From: Raja brachyura
Taxonomy: Eukaryota
Assembly: GCA_963514005.1 (NCBI GenBank)
Contig: CAUPSL010001410.1
Coordinates: forward strand, 1-49,876
Length of the DNA stretch: 49,876 nucleotides
Direction: 5' to 3'
Part shown: positions 35,824 through 47,400 of the stretch, one piece after another
How positions within the stretch are numbered: position 1 is the stretch's first letter
How the letters are laid out: each line of letters starts with the position of its first letter
Position numbers and translations under genes: made by a program
Notes under the pieces: model-generated
Told to the model about the DNA's origin: nothing
Seen by the model: the letters and a program-made list of their open reading frames with translations, nothing else
The model's database searches: none

Positions 35824-36569
35824 ACCGCTAGTACCAAGAGGAAGATGCAGGGGCGTGAGACCCGTGATCAGATGTTTATAAAACAGCTTCTTAGTTTACT
35901 TGACTTTATTATTGTCACGTGTATCGACGTACAGTGAAAGCCTTTTATATTGCGTGCTGTCCATCAAAGAACTTTACACGAATGCAATCAAGCCGTCCAC
36001 AACCATCACGCTGCTGAACCACATTCAGCACCCGGACCACAAGCCGACCCCCGGGTCGAAACACGAAGACATTTGCACTGAGGTTCCATTACTGTAGTTT
36101 GGTTTAGAAGAATAACTGACAAATTACCTCAACCTTACAGCTTTGTTCTTGCATTTATTGGGCCTGTAGAGTCGCAGCAGCAATGTCATTGTTGCCATGG
36201 TGCATTCGACAGTTAAACACACGTGAGATCTTGTTGATAGCAGAGGGCACTCATGAATTGGGGAGGAGATTTCTGATGGGAATGACCATTGAACTCTACC
36301 GGCGGTCGGTGAGTGCCCGGGACTTTGTTTGCGGACAGACGCACATCCCGCCCTTTGCTGCCCGATCAAACCCCGGCCTCCAGTTGCATTGTTCTATGGG
36401 GACTGGAAAAGTCAGCGAGGTTGTCGGAAATCTGGTTTAAGGGGATTGGGACACAAATAAACACAGAGTAGAAATGGCCCTGATGCTGGGAGACATGTGA
36501 TATTACGGGATTCAACTTAAACTGGCTGCTCCCAAACAAACATTGCAAAATAATGTTCATATAATCCCA

Positions 36570-36945
36570 ATGGATTTTTGGATTCTTTGCCCCCAACGTT
36601 CATTGCAGTGCTTCCCAATAGCCAAGGTAGGATTCCCTTGGAGGCCAAGTTTGCTCCGCTGCCGCTCATTCCTGGAATGACTTTGCCCTCTGCTCTGCCT
36701 CCTGCTAACTATGAGTCATGAATGTCAGTGCTGTTGTTTAGCGGTGTTTGAACATTCTGCAACAAATGATAAGAGCAACTTCTGCATTTCAGGGTGAAGG
36801 AAAGAAAACCGCGAGAGACAAGCAACTGAGCTGTTGGTGAAGATGTGACCCCGGGGTTATCTTTGCAGAGTTCAGCTTCCGCTCACATTGGGGGTAGCAA
36901 ATTGTGAAAAACTCTTTGATTCACTTCCTCATACAAACTGTACTC
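36570..36945 (+). pseudogene. Decayed promoter and leader remnant (duplicate of 24830-25200)
   Basis: CAACTTCTGCATTTCAGGGT identical to the minus-strand gene's upstream motif; TGA at the Cys position. Confidence 0.6.
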
Positions 36946-36959
36946 ACCATTTCCCATCC

Positions 36960-37567
36960 CAAAGTCAGCATGGTTTTGCACGTGGGAGATCGTGTCTCGC
37001 AAACAGGATTGAGCTTTTTGAAGACGTGACCAAAAAGATCTACGAGGGCAGAGCTGTAGATGTTGTATTCATGGATTTCAGAATGGCATTGGACAAGGTT
37101 CCGCATGGTCGGCTGCTCTGGAAGGTTAGATCGCATGGGATCCAAGGAGAGATAGCTGAATTGATAGCAAATTGGCTCCATGGAAGGAAGAAGATGTGAA
37201 GGTGGAAGGTTGCTTCTCGGACTGGTGGTGTGCCTCACGGTTCGGTGTTGGGCCCGATACCGTTTGTAATCTGCATCAATGATTTGGGTGAGAACATACA
37301 GGGCAAGATTATCAAGTTAGCTTATGATACAAAAAGTGGGTGATTTTGCAGATAGTGAAGATGGTTGTGAACGATTGCAGCAGGTTCTGGATCGATTACC
37401 CAGCTGGGCTGTGGAATGACTGATGGAATTTAATGCAGGGAAGTGTGAGGTGTTGCATTTTGTGACGTCTAACAATGGCAGGACCTACGCAGTGATTGGT
37501 AGGCCTCTGTGTAGTGTTGTAGAGCAGAGGGATCTAGGAATACAGGTGTATGGATTCTTGAAGGTGA
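36960..37567 (+). mobile_element. Older CR1 RT fragment (duplicate of 25217-25838)
   Basis: Direct alignment. Confidence 0.85.
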
Positions 37568-37569
37568 GT

Positions 37570-40500
37570 GGGTTGGTTTTAGCGGGGCTTTGTTTAACAG
37601 AGGCCCAGGAGCCGTTGGAGCTGAAGGAGTACCCAATCTGCAACGTTCCAGCACACGTCAAAAGAAGTGGTCTGGAGGAAGCGGACTAGAGGAAGCAGTT
37701 GATTGGGAGCAACCCCAGGTTTGTATTTCTCCTTTCTGGTTAAGGGCAAAGATTCGTTCAGGATTCAGTGAGTTAAGGGTTCAGTGAGCTAAGGGTACAG
37801 TGCCCTAATGGTTCAGTGAGTTAAGGGTTCAGTGAGTTACGGGTTCAGTGAGTTAAGTTAAGGGTACAGTGAGCTAAGGGTACAGTGCTTTTTTAGTAAA
37901 GGTACAGTTTAAAGGGTTAAGATTTTTATAGTGTGAGTGAGTTGATTTAATTTGGGGGTAAGCCATGACAGTTGAGATCGGCCCCATGGTTTGCTCATCC
38001 TGCAACATATGAGAGATCAGGGATATGGTCCGTGTCCCTGGTGACCACGATTGCAGGAAGTGTGTCCAGCTGCAGCTCCTGGCAGACCGCATTGAACGAT
38101 TGGAGATGCGGTTGGATTCATACTGGAGCATCCACGATGCTGAGAAACTCGTGAACAGCACGTACAGTGAGTTGGTCACACCGCAGGTAAACGTTCAGCG
38201 AACAGAAAGGGAACGGGTGGCCAGTAGCCAGCGTAGCAGTAAGCAGGTAGTGCAGGAGTCCCCTGCGGTCATCCCCCTTCTAAACACATATACCATTTTG
38301 GATATTGTTGGGGGAGATGGCTCATCAGGGGAAGGCAGCAGCAGCCAAGTTCATGGCACCGTGGGAGGCTCTGTGGTACAGGAGGGGAGGAAAAAGAGTG
38401 GAAGGTCTATAGTAATAGGGGATTCAATTGTAAGGGGAATAGATGGTCGTTTGTACGGCTGCAAACGAGACTCCAGGATGGTATGTTGCCTCCCTGGTGC
38501 AAGGGTCAGGGATGTCATTGTACGTCTGCAGAACATTCTGGAGGGGGAGGGTGAACATCCAGTTGGCGTGGTGCACATTGCACCAATGATATAAGTAAAA
38601 CACGGGATGAGGTCCTATAATGTGAATTTAGGGCACTCGGAGATAAACTTAAAAGTAGGACCTCAAAGGTAATAATCTCTGGATTACTACCAGTGCCACG
38701 TGTTAGTCAGAGTAGAAATAGGGGGATATTGCAGATGAATAAGTGGCTTGCAAAAAGGTGCAAGGGGGGGGGATTCAAATTTCTAGGGCATTGGAACCAG
38801 TTCTGGGGGAATTGAGACCAGTACAAACAGGACGGTCTGCACCTGGGCTGGAATGGAACCAATGTCTTTGGGGGATTGTTTGCTAGTGCTGTCGGGGAGG
38901 ATTTAATCTAATGTGGCAGGGGAATGGGAGCATGAGCAGAGAGACAGAGGGGTGTAAAATGAGGGTAGAAGCAACAGGTAGCAAGGTGAAAAGTAAAAGT
39001 GGCAGGCAGACAAATCCAGGGCAGAAATCAAAAAGGTCCACTTTTCAACATAATTGTATAAGGGGTAAGAGTGTTGTAAAAACAAGGCTGAAGGCTTTGC
39101 GTCTCAATGCAAGGAGCATTCGTAATAAGGTGGATAAGTTGAATGTGCAGATAGTTATTAATGAATATGATATAGTTGGGATCACGGAGACTTTGCACCA
39201 GGGTGATCAAGGCTGGGAACTGAACATTCTGGGATATTCAATATTCAGGAGGGATGGAGAAAAAGGAAAATGAGGCGGGGTAGCGTTGCTGGTTAGAGAG
39301 GAGATTAACGCAATAGAAAGGAAGGACATTAGCTTGGAGGATGTGGAATCGATATGGGTAGAGCTGCGAAACACTAAGGGGAAGAAAACGCCAGTGGAAG
39401 TTGTGTACAGGCCACCCAATAGTAGTAGTGGAATTGGGGATGGCATAAAACAGGAATTTAGAAATGCGTGCAACAAAGTTAAAACTGTTATAATGGGTGA
39501 CTTCAATCTACATATAGATTGGGTGAATCAAATTGGCAGGGGTGCTGAGGAAGTGGATTTATTGGAATGTATGTGGGATACTTTTCTAAACCAACATGTA
39601 GAGGAACCAACGAGAGAGCAGGCTATTCTAGACTGGGTATTGAGTAATGAGGAAGGATTAGTTAGCCGTCTTGTTGTGCGTGGCCCCTTGGGCAAGCGTG
39701 ACCACAATATGGTTGAGACCTTCATTAGGATGGAGAGTGACATAACTGATTCAGAAACAAGTGTTCTGAACTTAAAGGAAGGTAACTTCGAGGGTATGAG
39801 ACGTGAATTGGCCAAGATAGATTGGCAATTGATTCTTAAAGGGTTCACGGTGGATATGCAATGGAAGGCATTTAAAGACTGCATGGATGAACTACAACAA
39901 TTGTTCATCCCAGTTTGGCAAAAGAATAAATCTGGGAAGGTAGTGCATCCGTGGATAACAAAGGAAATCAGGGATAGTATCAAAACAAAAGATGAAGCAT
40001 ACAAATTAGCCAGAAAAAGCAGTCTACCAGAGGACTGGGAGAAATTCAGAGTCCAGCAGAAGAGAACAAAGGGCTTAATTAGGAAAGGGAAAACAGATTA
40101 TGAAAGAAAACTGGCAGGGAACATAAAAACTGACTGCAAAAGTGTTTATAGGTATGAGAAGAGAAAAAGATTAGTTAAAACAAATGTAGGTCCCTTGCAG
40201 TCAGGAACAGGTGAATTGATCATGGGGAACAAGGACGTGGCAGACCAATCGAATAACTACTTTGGTTCTGTCTTTACTAAAGAAGACATAACTAATCTGC
40301 CGGATATAGCAGCAGACCGGGGTCAAATGCGATGGAGGAACTGAGTGAAATCCAGGTTAGTCGGGAAGTGGAGTTAGGTAAATTGAATGGATTAAAAGCA
40401 GATAGGCTGCATCACAGAGTGCTTATGGGAGTAGCCCCAGAAATAGTGGATGCATTGGTGATAATATTTCAAAATTCTTTAGATTCTGAAGTAGTTCCTG

Positions 40501-41521
40501 AGGATTGGACGGTAGCTAATGTAACCCCACTTTTTAAAAAGTGAGGGAGAGAGAAAACGGGGAATTACAGACCAGTTAGTCTAACATCGGTGGTGGGGTA
40601 AATGCCAGAGTCACTTATGAAAGATGGGGTAGCTGCACATTTGGAAAGTGGTGAAATCATTGGACAAAGTCAGCATAGATTTATGAAAGGTAAATCATGT
40701 CTGACGAATCTTATAGAATTTTTCGAGGGTGTAACGAGTAGAGTGGATGTGTTATATCTGGACTTTCAGAAGGCTTTTGACAAGGTCCCACATAAGGGAT
40801 TAGTATGGAAACTTAAAGCACGCGGTATTGGGGGTTCAGTATTGATGTGGATAGAGAACTGTCTGGCAGACAGGAAGCAACCAGTAGGAGTAAACGGGTC
40901 ATTTTCAGAATGGCAGGCAGTGACTAGTGGGGTACCACAAAGCTCGGTGCTGGGACCCCAGCTATTTACAATATATATTAATGATTTGGACGAGGGAATT
41001 GAATGCAATATCTCCAACTTTTCGGATGACAGTGGTCATCCACGAATCTGGAGGCTGCAAGGTGATTTGGATAGGTTGGGTGACTGGGCAAATGCATGGC
41101 GGATGCAGTATAATGTGGATAAATGGAGGTTATCCACTTTGGTGGCAAGAACAGGAAAGTAGACTATTATCTGAATGGTGGCCGATTAGGAAAAGGGGAG
41201 ATGCAACGAGACCTGGGTGGCATGGTACACCAGTCATTGAAGGTAGGCATGCAGGTGCAGCAGGCAATGAAGAAAGCGAATGGTATGTTAGCATTCATAG
41301 CAAAAGGATTTGAGTATCGGATCGGGGAGGTTCTACTGCAGTTGTACAGGGACTTGGCCGGACAACACCTGGATTATTGTGTACAGTTTTGGTCTCCTAA
41401 TCTGAGGAGAGATATTCTTGCCATAGAGGGAGTACAGAGAAGGATCACCAGACTGATTCCTGGGATGGCAGGACTTTGATATGAAGAAAGACTGGATATA
41501 TTCAGCTTGTACTCGCTAGGA
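37570..41521 (+). mobile_element. Near-full-length dead CR1, duplicate of 25841-29898, 3'-truncated
   Basis: Same 5' junction; ORF1 esterase at 38025-38594; 352-aa APE/tether ORF at 39286-40344; DFQKAFDKVPH; shares the deletion just after the ADD motif. Confidence 0.93.
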
Positions 41522-42609
41522 TGCAGACGTGCTCACGTTATTTAGTATTTTTCCCATCTCTCTCTCTCTCCCTCTTTCTCTCTCTCCTCCAAGTTTGGTT
41601 CTGTTTGCCTTTATTTGCTTCAGTTTCATCGCCCGGCCCACTTTGCTCTTTTGATGGTCCGGGAGAGCTCGGTTCTTGCAGACCTGAGGGCTGCCTTATC
41701 CCCAGTTCGGAACGCTGCGTCCGGGGTCTTCAGAACATGGGATAACATGGAATTACTATGCGGGGTGATTGTTGGTCGACGTGTACTCAGTGGGCCTAAC
41801 AAGGGCCCGTTTCCACGCTGTATCCCTAATGTAAACTATAAGTTACCTCAACAAACAATGTATCTATATCAGTGAAACGGGATTTCCCAACACATTAAAG
41901 ATACCACTCGAACATAATATGCGAGAGCTTTGTCATCAAATAACAGAGAGAGAGAGAGAGAGAGAGACGTGCAGTGAAAGCCTTTTATATTGCGTGCTGT
42001 CCATCAAAGAACTTTACACGAATGCAATCAAGCCGTCCACAACCATCACGCTGCTGAATCACATTCAGCACCCGGACCACAAGCCGACCCCCGGGTCGAA
42101 ACACGAAGACATTTGCACTGAGGTTCCATTACTGTGGTTTGGTTTAGAAGAATAACTGACAACTTACCTCAACCTTACAGTTTTGATCTTGCATTTATTG
42201 GGCCTGTAGAGTCGCAGCAACAATGTCATTGTTGTCATGGTGCATTCGACAGTTAAACACGCGTGAGATCTTATTGATAGCAGAGGGCACCCGGGAATTG
42301 GGGAGGAGATTTCTGATGGGAATGACCATTGGACTTGACCGGCGGTTGGTGAGTGCCCGGCTCTTTGTTTGCGGCAAGACGCAGATCCCACCCTTTGCTG
42401 CCCGATCAAACCACGGCCTCCAGTTGCATTGTTCTATGGGGGACCGGATATGTCAGCGAGGTTGCCGGAAATCTGGTTTAACGTTATTGGGACACAAATA
42501 AACAAAGAGTTGAAATGGCCCTGATGCTGAGAGACGCATGATATTACGGGACTCAGCTTAAACTGGCTGCTTCCAAACAAACATTGCAAAATAATGTTCA
42601 TATGTTCTC

Positions 42610-42980
42610 AATGGATTTTTGGATCATTTGCCCCTGACGTTTATTGCAGTGTTTCCCTATAGTCAAGGTAGGATTCCCGTGGGCCAAGTTTGCTGTGAAG
42701 CAGCTCATTCCTGGAATGACTTTGCCCTCTGCTCTACCTCCTGCTTCCTATGAGTCATGGATACCAGTGTTGCTTTTTAGCGGTGTTGAACATTCTGCCG
42801 CAAATGATAAGAGCAACTTCTGCATTTCAGAGTCAAGGAAAGAAAACCACGAGAGGCAAACAACCGAGCTGTTGACGAAGAAGTGATTGTGGGGTTATCT
42901 TTGCAGAGTTCAGCTTCCGCTCACATTTGGGTTAGCAAATTGTGCAAAACTCGTTGATTCACGTCCTCATACAAACAGTA
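42610..42980 (+). pseudogene. Decayed promoter and leader remnant (third copy)
   Basis: Same alignment and same TGA. Confidence 0.6.
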
Positions 42981-42999
42981 TTTACCATTTGCTACCCCC

Positions 43000-44230
43000 A
43001 ATGTCAGCATGGTTTTCCACGTGGGAGGTCGTGTCTCGCAAACCTGATTGGGTTTTCTGAAGGCTTGATCATAGAGGTCGATGGAGCAGAGCTGCAGGTG
43101 TTGTATACATGGATTCAGTAAGGCATTTGACAAGGTTCCGCATGGTCGGCTGCTCTGGAAGGTTATATCGTATGGGGTAAAGAAGAGGTAGCCGAATGGA
43201 TCGCAAATTGGCTCTAAGGAAGGAACCAGAGTGTGAATGTGGAAGGTAGCTTCTCGGACTGGAGGCCAGTGACTAGTGGTGTGCCTCAGGGTTCGGTGTT
43301 GGGCAAGTTACAGTTTATCATCTACATCAATGATTAGGGTGAGAACATACAGGGCAAGATTAGCAAGTATGCCGATGGTACAAAAGTGGGTGGTTTTGCA
43401 GAGAGTGAAGATGGTTGTGAAAGATTGCAGCAGCTTCTGGATCGATTACCCAGATGGGCTGGGGAATAATTGATGGAATTGAATACAGATAAGTGTGAGG
43501 TGTTGTATTTCTGGGCGTCTAACAATGGCTGGACCCACGCTGTGAATGGTAGGCGTCTGTGTAGTGTTATAGAGCAGAGGGATCTAGGAATCCAGGTGTA
43601 TGGTTCCTTGAATGTGAGTCGCAAGTAGATAAGTTGGTCAACTAGGCTTTTGACTCCTTGGCCTTCATCAATCAGAGTATAGAAGTTGCGAGGTCATGTT
43701 GCAGTTGTATAAGACGTTGATGAGACCGAATATTGTGTTCAGTTCTATGCACCATGTTATAGGAAATATATTGTCAAGCTTGAAAAAGCTCTGAGAAGGT
43801 TTGCGAGGATGACTAAAGGGTGTGAGGTACAGGGAGAGGTTGAGTAGGCTGGGTATCTATTCCTTCGCGCACAGGAGAGGAATAAAACGGATAATTGCAT
43901 AGCCTCATGCCCAGAGTAGGAACATTGAGGACCAGAGGACATAGGTTCAAAGTGAAGGGGAAAAGATTAAATACGAATCTGAGGGGTAGATTTTTAACAT
44001 AAATGGTGGTGGGTGTGTGGAAAAAGCTGCCAGATGAGGTAGTTGACGCTGGGACTATCCCGTCGTTTAAAGAAACAGTTAGACACGCACGTGGATAGGA
44101 CAGGTTTGGAGGTATATGGACCAAGCGCAGGCAGCTAGGGCGCATGTACCTGGGACATGTTGGCCGGTGTGGGCAAGTTGGCCAACAGGCCCTGTTCCCA
44201 CACTGAATCACTCTATGACGCTATGACTCT
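43000..44230 (+). mobile_element. Older CR1 3' half, uninterrupted (empty site for the full-length CR1)
   Basis: Aligns to 25217-25838 and continues as at 29900; (ctatgac) tail near 44213-44230. Confidence 0.85.
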
Positions 44231-44254
44231 GTGCCTTGACGACTATCTCTCAAC

Positions 44255-44354
44255 TTTTTGCAGGAAGTGAAGAAACATTTCCAGCCTGTTCCGCATTCTG
44301 CATCAAGAAGCTCACAGCAGTGGGTGAGGTGGACACCACACTGAAGTGTTGGCG
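44255..44354 (+). promoter_or_regulatory. Putative proximal promoter and 5'UTR of gene B with an ETS site
   Basis: CAGGAAGTGA at 44261-44270, similar distance from the ATG as in gene A; alignable 5'UTR. Confidence 0.42.
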
Positions 44355-44415
44355 ATGTGCTCTCTCCGGGTTTGTCTCTGCACCGTCCTGCTCTCCGTCT
44401 CAATCCACGGTTACA
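44355..44415 (+). CDS. Gene B exon 1, signal peptide MCSLRVCLCTVLLSVSIHGY
   Basis: ATG at 44355, phase-1 donor A|GTAGGT; 5'UTR aligns with 2588-2631. Confidence 0.85.
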
Positions 44416-47400
44416 GTAGGTGATTTTTTTTTTTTTTGGTTTACCCTGTCTCGTCATCTCGACCAATGTTCCGTTTCCCAGCTGTTTGTACTTTGGCTCA
44501 AAGGGGTGGGACGAATGGGGAATGTGGTGATATTGTCCATACCTAAGTGCCCTTCAGAAGGTGGTGGTGAGGATCCCTCTTGGTGAAGATTATCTGGCGA
44601 CGGCTAAGATGGAGGAAAATGCATATGGAGATCGACATTCATAAAACGGCGATAAGCAAGAGGGGAAAAGGTGACAGAGAGCAGGCGGGCATGTGGAGAG
44701 AGAATGAACAGCTGAGCAGCCGTGATGTTATTTTCCGGAGGTGCGAGCTGAAGGTGCCGACTGGTTTCCAGCTCCTACCATTGAGGTCGGGAGGAGATCT
44801 AATGGAGGGAATTAACACTGCGCACAGGGAGGGTGTCCCCATTGGTGGACAGAGAAGAGATGACGATAGAGAATGGGGGTGATTGGGCAAGGAACCAAGT
44901 GTGTTGCTGGGGAACATGAGTCCTCGCGGGGAGCGGCTCCACTGGGACGCGGCGCCGGCAGCGGGAGCGGGGGTGGGCGGTGGAGGAGACGGTTAGATTT
45001 AACCGACGGTATGTGACAGTATGGAACTTCCACGGCTGTGTGTTGAGAATGTGGAGAAGTCCACTGGCTGGATTGATGTTACATGGAGTCAGTATAGAAC
45101 CGATGGACCGAATGGCCGTCTCCACTGTGAATCTATTATGTGACAGTGAGGGAATCCCAAGAATCCATCTCCATCCCCGGTCCTGCAAAATGTCCACACA
45201 TTTCCCCTCCCCAGAAAGTAAATCAGCAACATTATAAAAACCTACTGACCCGGGGAACAGACGCGAATTACATATCCATGAACAGTTGATTATATCCCAG
45301 CTTGCAAACCACTCCCCGTGTATTACTATCTGTATCTGTCCCACAGACATCTGAGGACATCGCTTGTGACAACACCCCGGGAACAGTTTGGATTTGGAAC
45401 TCCATACCTATACTCGTTGCAATATTAACCCCCCCCCCCCCCCCTCCATCTCTCTCCCTCTCTCTCTCTTTCTCTCTATTTCTCTCTCTCTCCCTGTAGA
45501 TGTTTCGTACAATGGTTGGACACTGTCCGGTGCTGATGAGGTATCTGCCGTTGAAGGGGCATCCGCTGTGCTGCCGTGTACATTCACCTACCCACCCACT
45601 GATCGCAACGTCACCGGCTCCGTGTTGTGGTACAGGTTGCGATCATGGACACGCAGCCTTGTGTTTAACTGCACATATGCCGGACCCGGCCGCCCCCGAT
45701 GCGATGAAGTGACACAGAAGGCCGGAGGAGGTCGGTTCAAATTCGTGGGGAACCTCAGAGAGGGAGATGCCTCGATACTCGTGGAGCGACTGAGACGGGA
45801 GGACAGGGATGAGTACCGATGCCGCCTGGAGCTCAGTGTTGGGAATTTTCAATCTGCGATTCCGACGCGGCTGACTGTGGAAGGTGAGAACAATGCTCGG
45901 AGACTGTCGCTGCCCCAGAGCTCACGGACCGTCGGTTACCCGGTACAATGCTGATCAATACATGTTGATGGTTCAATTCAATAATACTGTATTCTCACGT
46001 ACCTAGGTACAGTGAAATACTTTGTTTTGCAGACAACCCTGAAAGGGGGGGGGGGGGGGGGGGGGAGCTGAAGCCGGGGGTTCCTGCTCCTGATTCCTAT
46101 CCAGTTAATCCGTCTGGACAGAGGGCTCCTGGAGTAGACGAGGCGCCGGCCTGGTCGACAGTCAAATACAGGTGGATTGTGTAAACCGAGAGATAGGAAG
46201 ATGGTGATCACCTTGTTAGAATTATTCTCCAACTATTAATGGCAACCGAGGCGCCCAGTCGGAAAGGAGGTGTCGGTGCCCAATCCCCTGTGGGCGGTTC
46301 TCCCTCTCGGTGTGGAGTTCACCGCTTCACACATTGAATATTCCCCGTGGAGAACAGTGTTGGGATCCGGGTAAGCGCGGGTTCGCTGTCGCTCAGGGCA
46401 GCGCCGAACGAGAGCCGACCCTTCAGCGGCGACCAGTGACACCTGATGCAGAGCCAGCCTTGAATGTATCCAGTCCCCTGCGCCCTCTGACCCACCTTCC
46501 CTGGGACCGTCACTGTCAGCTCCACACTGGGCACCTCCTCCACCCACTCCCACAGGGAGAGGTCGGTACAAGACGATTCACCCACAGAACGTTGATACAT
46601 TCCGGTGTCTATCCTTCCCTCAGGTCCCGGCGGGAATGTCTCCGTGGTGACTGGGACTGAGGGGGCTTCGGCCAAGTTACCATGTGTGTATCAACCATCC
46701 CAGTATGACCGCAGCGCCCTCACGGTCACATGGATGAGGAAGGATCCCTACCGACACATCGTCACGTTGAGACCCCAAGCTGATGGATCCTGGGCGGCGG
46801 AGAACGGAGCAACTCGGTTCCAGCTGGTCGGGGACCCAGAGCGGGGAAACGCCTCAACCAGGATAAGGCAGCTGAGGGTGGAGGACAGTGACGGCTACCT
46901 TTGTCTGGTGGAGTTCAGAAAACCGGAAAACTACGATGCGACAATGTACGTCGATGAAAAGTTCAGGAGCAGCGTACACCCCCCGTACACCCATCAGTAC
47001 CAGCGTGAGCTCCAGCTGCGGGTCACACCCGGTAAGAAACCATCGACACATTCTGCCGTGTAGAGCGAAGGTGCAGAGGGAGGGAGGAGAACAGGAACAG
47101 GAAACCCGGTCTCCCGGGACACAGTGGGCGCAGCCTCGCATCTGGAGGGTCAGATACAACTCCAGAGAAAAGTCAAACATAGTTGATCAATCTATTGGAG
47201 TCCTTTGGCGAGGTGAGGAGTTGAATGCCTAAGAGGGAACAAGGGACTGGGGTACGTTTGGATTCTCAGAAGGATCTAGGTTGGGTCCCAGCCAGGAGTT
47301 TGGGAACCAGGCGCGAGAAGGCGGCATTAAGTCAACGCACTGTCGGGGATTGAGAAGCAGTTATCGAGCAGAATGTGGAATGAAATATCTGGATCTCTGT

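Larger units (their letters stand above)
22561..43620 (+). repeat. Segmental duplication: block A about 22561-29900, block B about 32592-41520, partial block C about 41970-43620
   Basis: Colinear unique sequence and shared TE junctions. Confidence 0.9.

Noticed and set aside
39286-41479. Active or domesticated reverse transcriptase
   Set aside because: Multiple stops and frameshifts, and a deletion beside the catalytic DD motif.
44580-45350. Overlapping 85-183 aa ORFs in gene B intron 1
   Set aside because: No recognisable domains and not conserved in gene A intron 1.
46490-46525. J-segment-like peptide FPGTVTVSS between V1 and V2 of gene B
   Set aside because: No F/W-G-x-G motif, no RSS and no donor after it; in-frame stop just upstream.
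47120-47160. CACAGTG heptamer after V2 (also CACTGTG at 4144-4150), suggesting rearranging V genes
   Set aside because: No nonamer at 12 or 23 spacing, and the V exons already include the G strand and a splice donor.
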